Assembly (NCBI RefSeq): GCF_963921235.1
Contig: NC_086108.1
Span: 53,942,001 to 54,006,000 of the forward strand
From: Mobula hypostoma
Taxonomy: Eukaryota
Direction: 5' to 3'
DNA: 64,000 bases
Shown here: one piece after another, positions 62,190-64,000 of the stretch
Numbering within the stretch: position 1 is the stretch's first letter
How the letters are laid out: every line of letters begins with the position of its first letter
The notes under the pieces: generated by a model
What the model saw: the letters and a program-made list of their open reading frames with translations, nothing else
Databases searched by the model: none
What the model was told of the DNA's origin: nothing
Translations under genes and position numbers: made by a program

Positions 62190-62630
62190 GAAATATAGAA
62201 CAGGTACGGGCCTTTCACCCCACAATGTCTGTGCTGAAGTCAATGCCAAATCAAACTAAATCTCTTCAGCCTGTTCAAGATCCATATCCCTCCATTCCCT
62301 AGATATTTGTGTATCTACATATATAAAAGCCTCTAAGTACAACTATCATATCTGCTTCCACCTCTACCCTTGGCAGCCTTTTCCAGGCGGCTACTATTCT
62401 CTGCATAATGACATTTTCCCTCTCTCACCTTAAATTCATGTCCTTTAGAATTTGACATTTCTACCCTGGGAAGAAGATTCTGACTGGCTATGACTCTCAT
62501 AATTGTATAAACTTTCTCTGCAGCAGTTCCTTCCGCTGCAGAGAAAGGAACCACTGCTCAGACCAATAAAGCCAAACATAGCTTCTTTACTGCCTTATTG
62601 TGGCCACTTTCAGGGAGCTATGGACCATCC
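62190..62630 (-). mobile_element. Degenerate CR1 3' fragment
   Basis: VYTIMRVI..KGHEFKVR on the minus strand; tail tctatatttctag. Confidence 0.65.
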
Positions 62631-63359
62631 TAGAAATAGATAAATAGACGATACAATTTTAAATAACCATGGAAATTAGTACTTCATCAATAAGGACTGT
62701 GGAGTACCCTCCTCAAATTCAGCTGTGTGGAGAAATTGAAAAATACAAGGGGAAAGGCCTTACACTCAACATATTCATTTCAGTTTCTTGAAACTTTCTG
62801 GTCTCTCTTCTTTTCAATGAGTAAAATTTCCTGTGAGTTTATTTAAACTGCAGAATTGTCTTATGCTCTGAATGTGTAGAGTTGAACTGCCAGAAAGGGT
62901 GAAGGGAATTCAAAACCTAGCGGCAACACTGACAATCATAAGGTTTATACGTGTGATTTTGCTCATTTTGCTCTCATGGCTTTACTGCAAATTTTCTCCA
63001 AAGTGAAAAAAATTAAGATGGTAGTGTTAAGATTGCAGTACAGCTGTAGGGATCGATCAGGGAACAGCAATGTAGTAGGTGCTGCCAGAGATCTGCATGC
63101 ATTTTTATCTTCATTATAGGCTGACTGAAATGAATGGAGAATAGTTATAACGTCCTGAAATACTAGGCATCATAATGATAGTCTTGCAAGAATAGTACCA
63201 ACCCAGACACTGCTAGCTGTATTAACGAGTCTATCCCTTTCATTCATTCAGCGCCTTATATTGGCAAAGTTAAATATTTCATTTCCTGCTGAAAATCTGA
63301 AATAAAACAGAAGATGTTGTGAACAGTAATGTAAAGATACCCAAATAACATATTTTACT

Positions 63360-63566
63360 CATAAACACAAAATAATCTGCAGATGCTGGGGTCAAAGCAA
63401 CACTCAGAACACGCTGGAGGAACTCAGCAGGTCGGGCAGCATCCATGGAAAAGATCGGTCGACATTTTGGGCCGGAACCCTTCGTCGGGTTCCGGCCCGA
63501 AATGTCGACCGATCTTTTCCATGGATGCTGCCGACCTGCTGAGTTCCTCCAGCGTGTTCTGAGTGT
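63360..63566. mobile_element. Fold-back mini Penelope-like element (second subfamily)
   Basis: ~81-bp inverted arms 63399-63480 / 63487-63567, loop ttcgtc; 14-bp TSD taacatattttact at 63346-59 and 63567-80. Confidence 0.85.
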
Positions 63567-63744
63567 TAACATATTTTACTATTGTGTTGGAGGGATTAAT
63601 ATTGGCTAACTTAAAATAAGGTATTATTTATGAGCCAGAGGAAGCCATTCACTCCTTCAAGCCAGGTCTGATTAACAAGATTATGGCTGATCTGACTTTA
63701 AACAGAATCTTGACAATCTGAATGCTCTCATCATATTTACATAG

Positions 63745-63863
63745 ATTTGATGAGATTATTTATGGAACATTTGGTAAAGAAAGGATGACTCAAGTAACAA
63801 TGAACAAGAAATTGGAACGGATCAACCGCTTGAAGAAGAGCTACATTATGGACAGATTCTCTG
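63745..63863 (+). CDS. UBE2U: UBE2U-like coding exon 9 (FDEIIYGTFGKERMTQVTMNKKLERINRLKKSYIMDRFS); gene continues beyond window
   Basis: tttacatag| ... g|GTGAGT, 119 nt, phase 2 to 1, open, unique sequence. Confidence 0.7.
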
Positions 63864-64000
63864 GTGAGTTGTTTGATAGTTTCATCCATGAGTGAATGGC
63901 TGGATTTATGCAAGGAGGTTAGTACTCCTTTATTACTTTATCTAATGAGATGACTTTTCTTCTTTATAAAAGGTATTGCTGATAGTTTGTCAATCAGCAG

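Overview
Eukaryotic, vertebrate-type, repeat-dense DNA. The repeat repertoire (esterase-bearing CR1 LINEs, Penelope-like elements, V-SINE/HE1-like SINEs) suggests a cartilaginous fish, probably a ray; this is inference. One host gene runs on the + strand: a UBE2U-like ubiquitin-conjugating enzyme. I reconstructed it by hand as 9 phase-compatible coding exons (13794-63863, 276 codons), and it continues past the window end. A CpG-rich promoter with CTCF, RFX X-box, ETS and YY1 motifs lies at ~7.0-7.2 kb, with probable 5' exons. Most of the rest is transposable-element debris: CR1, Rex1/Babar, RTE, L1/Tx1, a Hero-like RLE element, Tc1 (DD34E), a Tigger/pogo derivative, a solo LTR and tRNA-derived SINEs. 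The most striking signal is a family of Penelope-like (GIY-YIG) elements carrying a minimal type I hammerhead ribozyme. It occurs about 12 times, often as tiny TSD-flanked fold-back insertions whose breakpoints cluster at the ribozyme core, and several copies lie sense to the host pre-mRNA. Most ORFs in the supplied track are TE fragments or spurious. Boundaries of old repeats are approximate.
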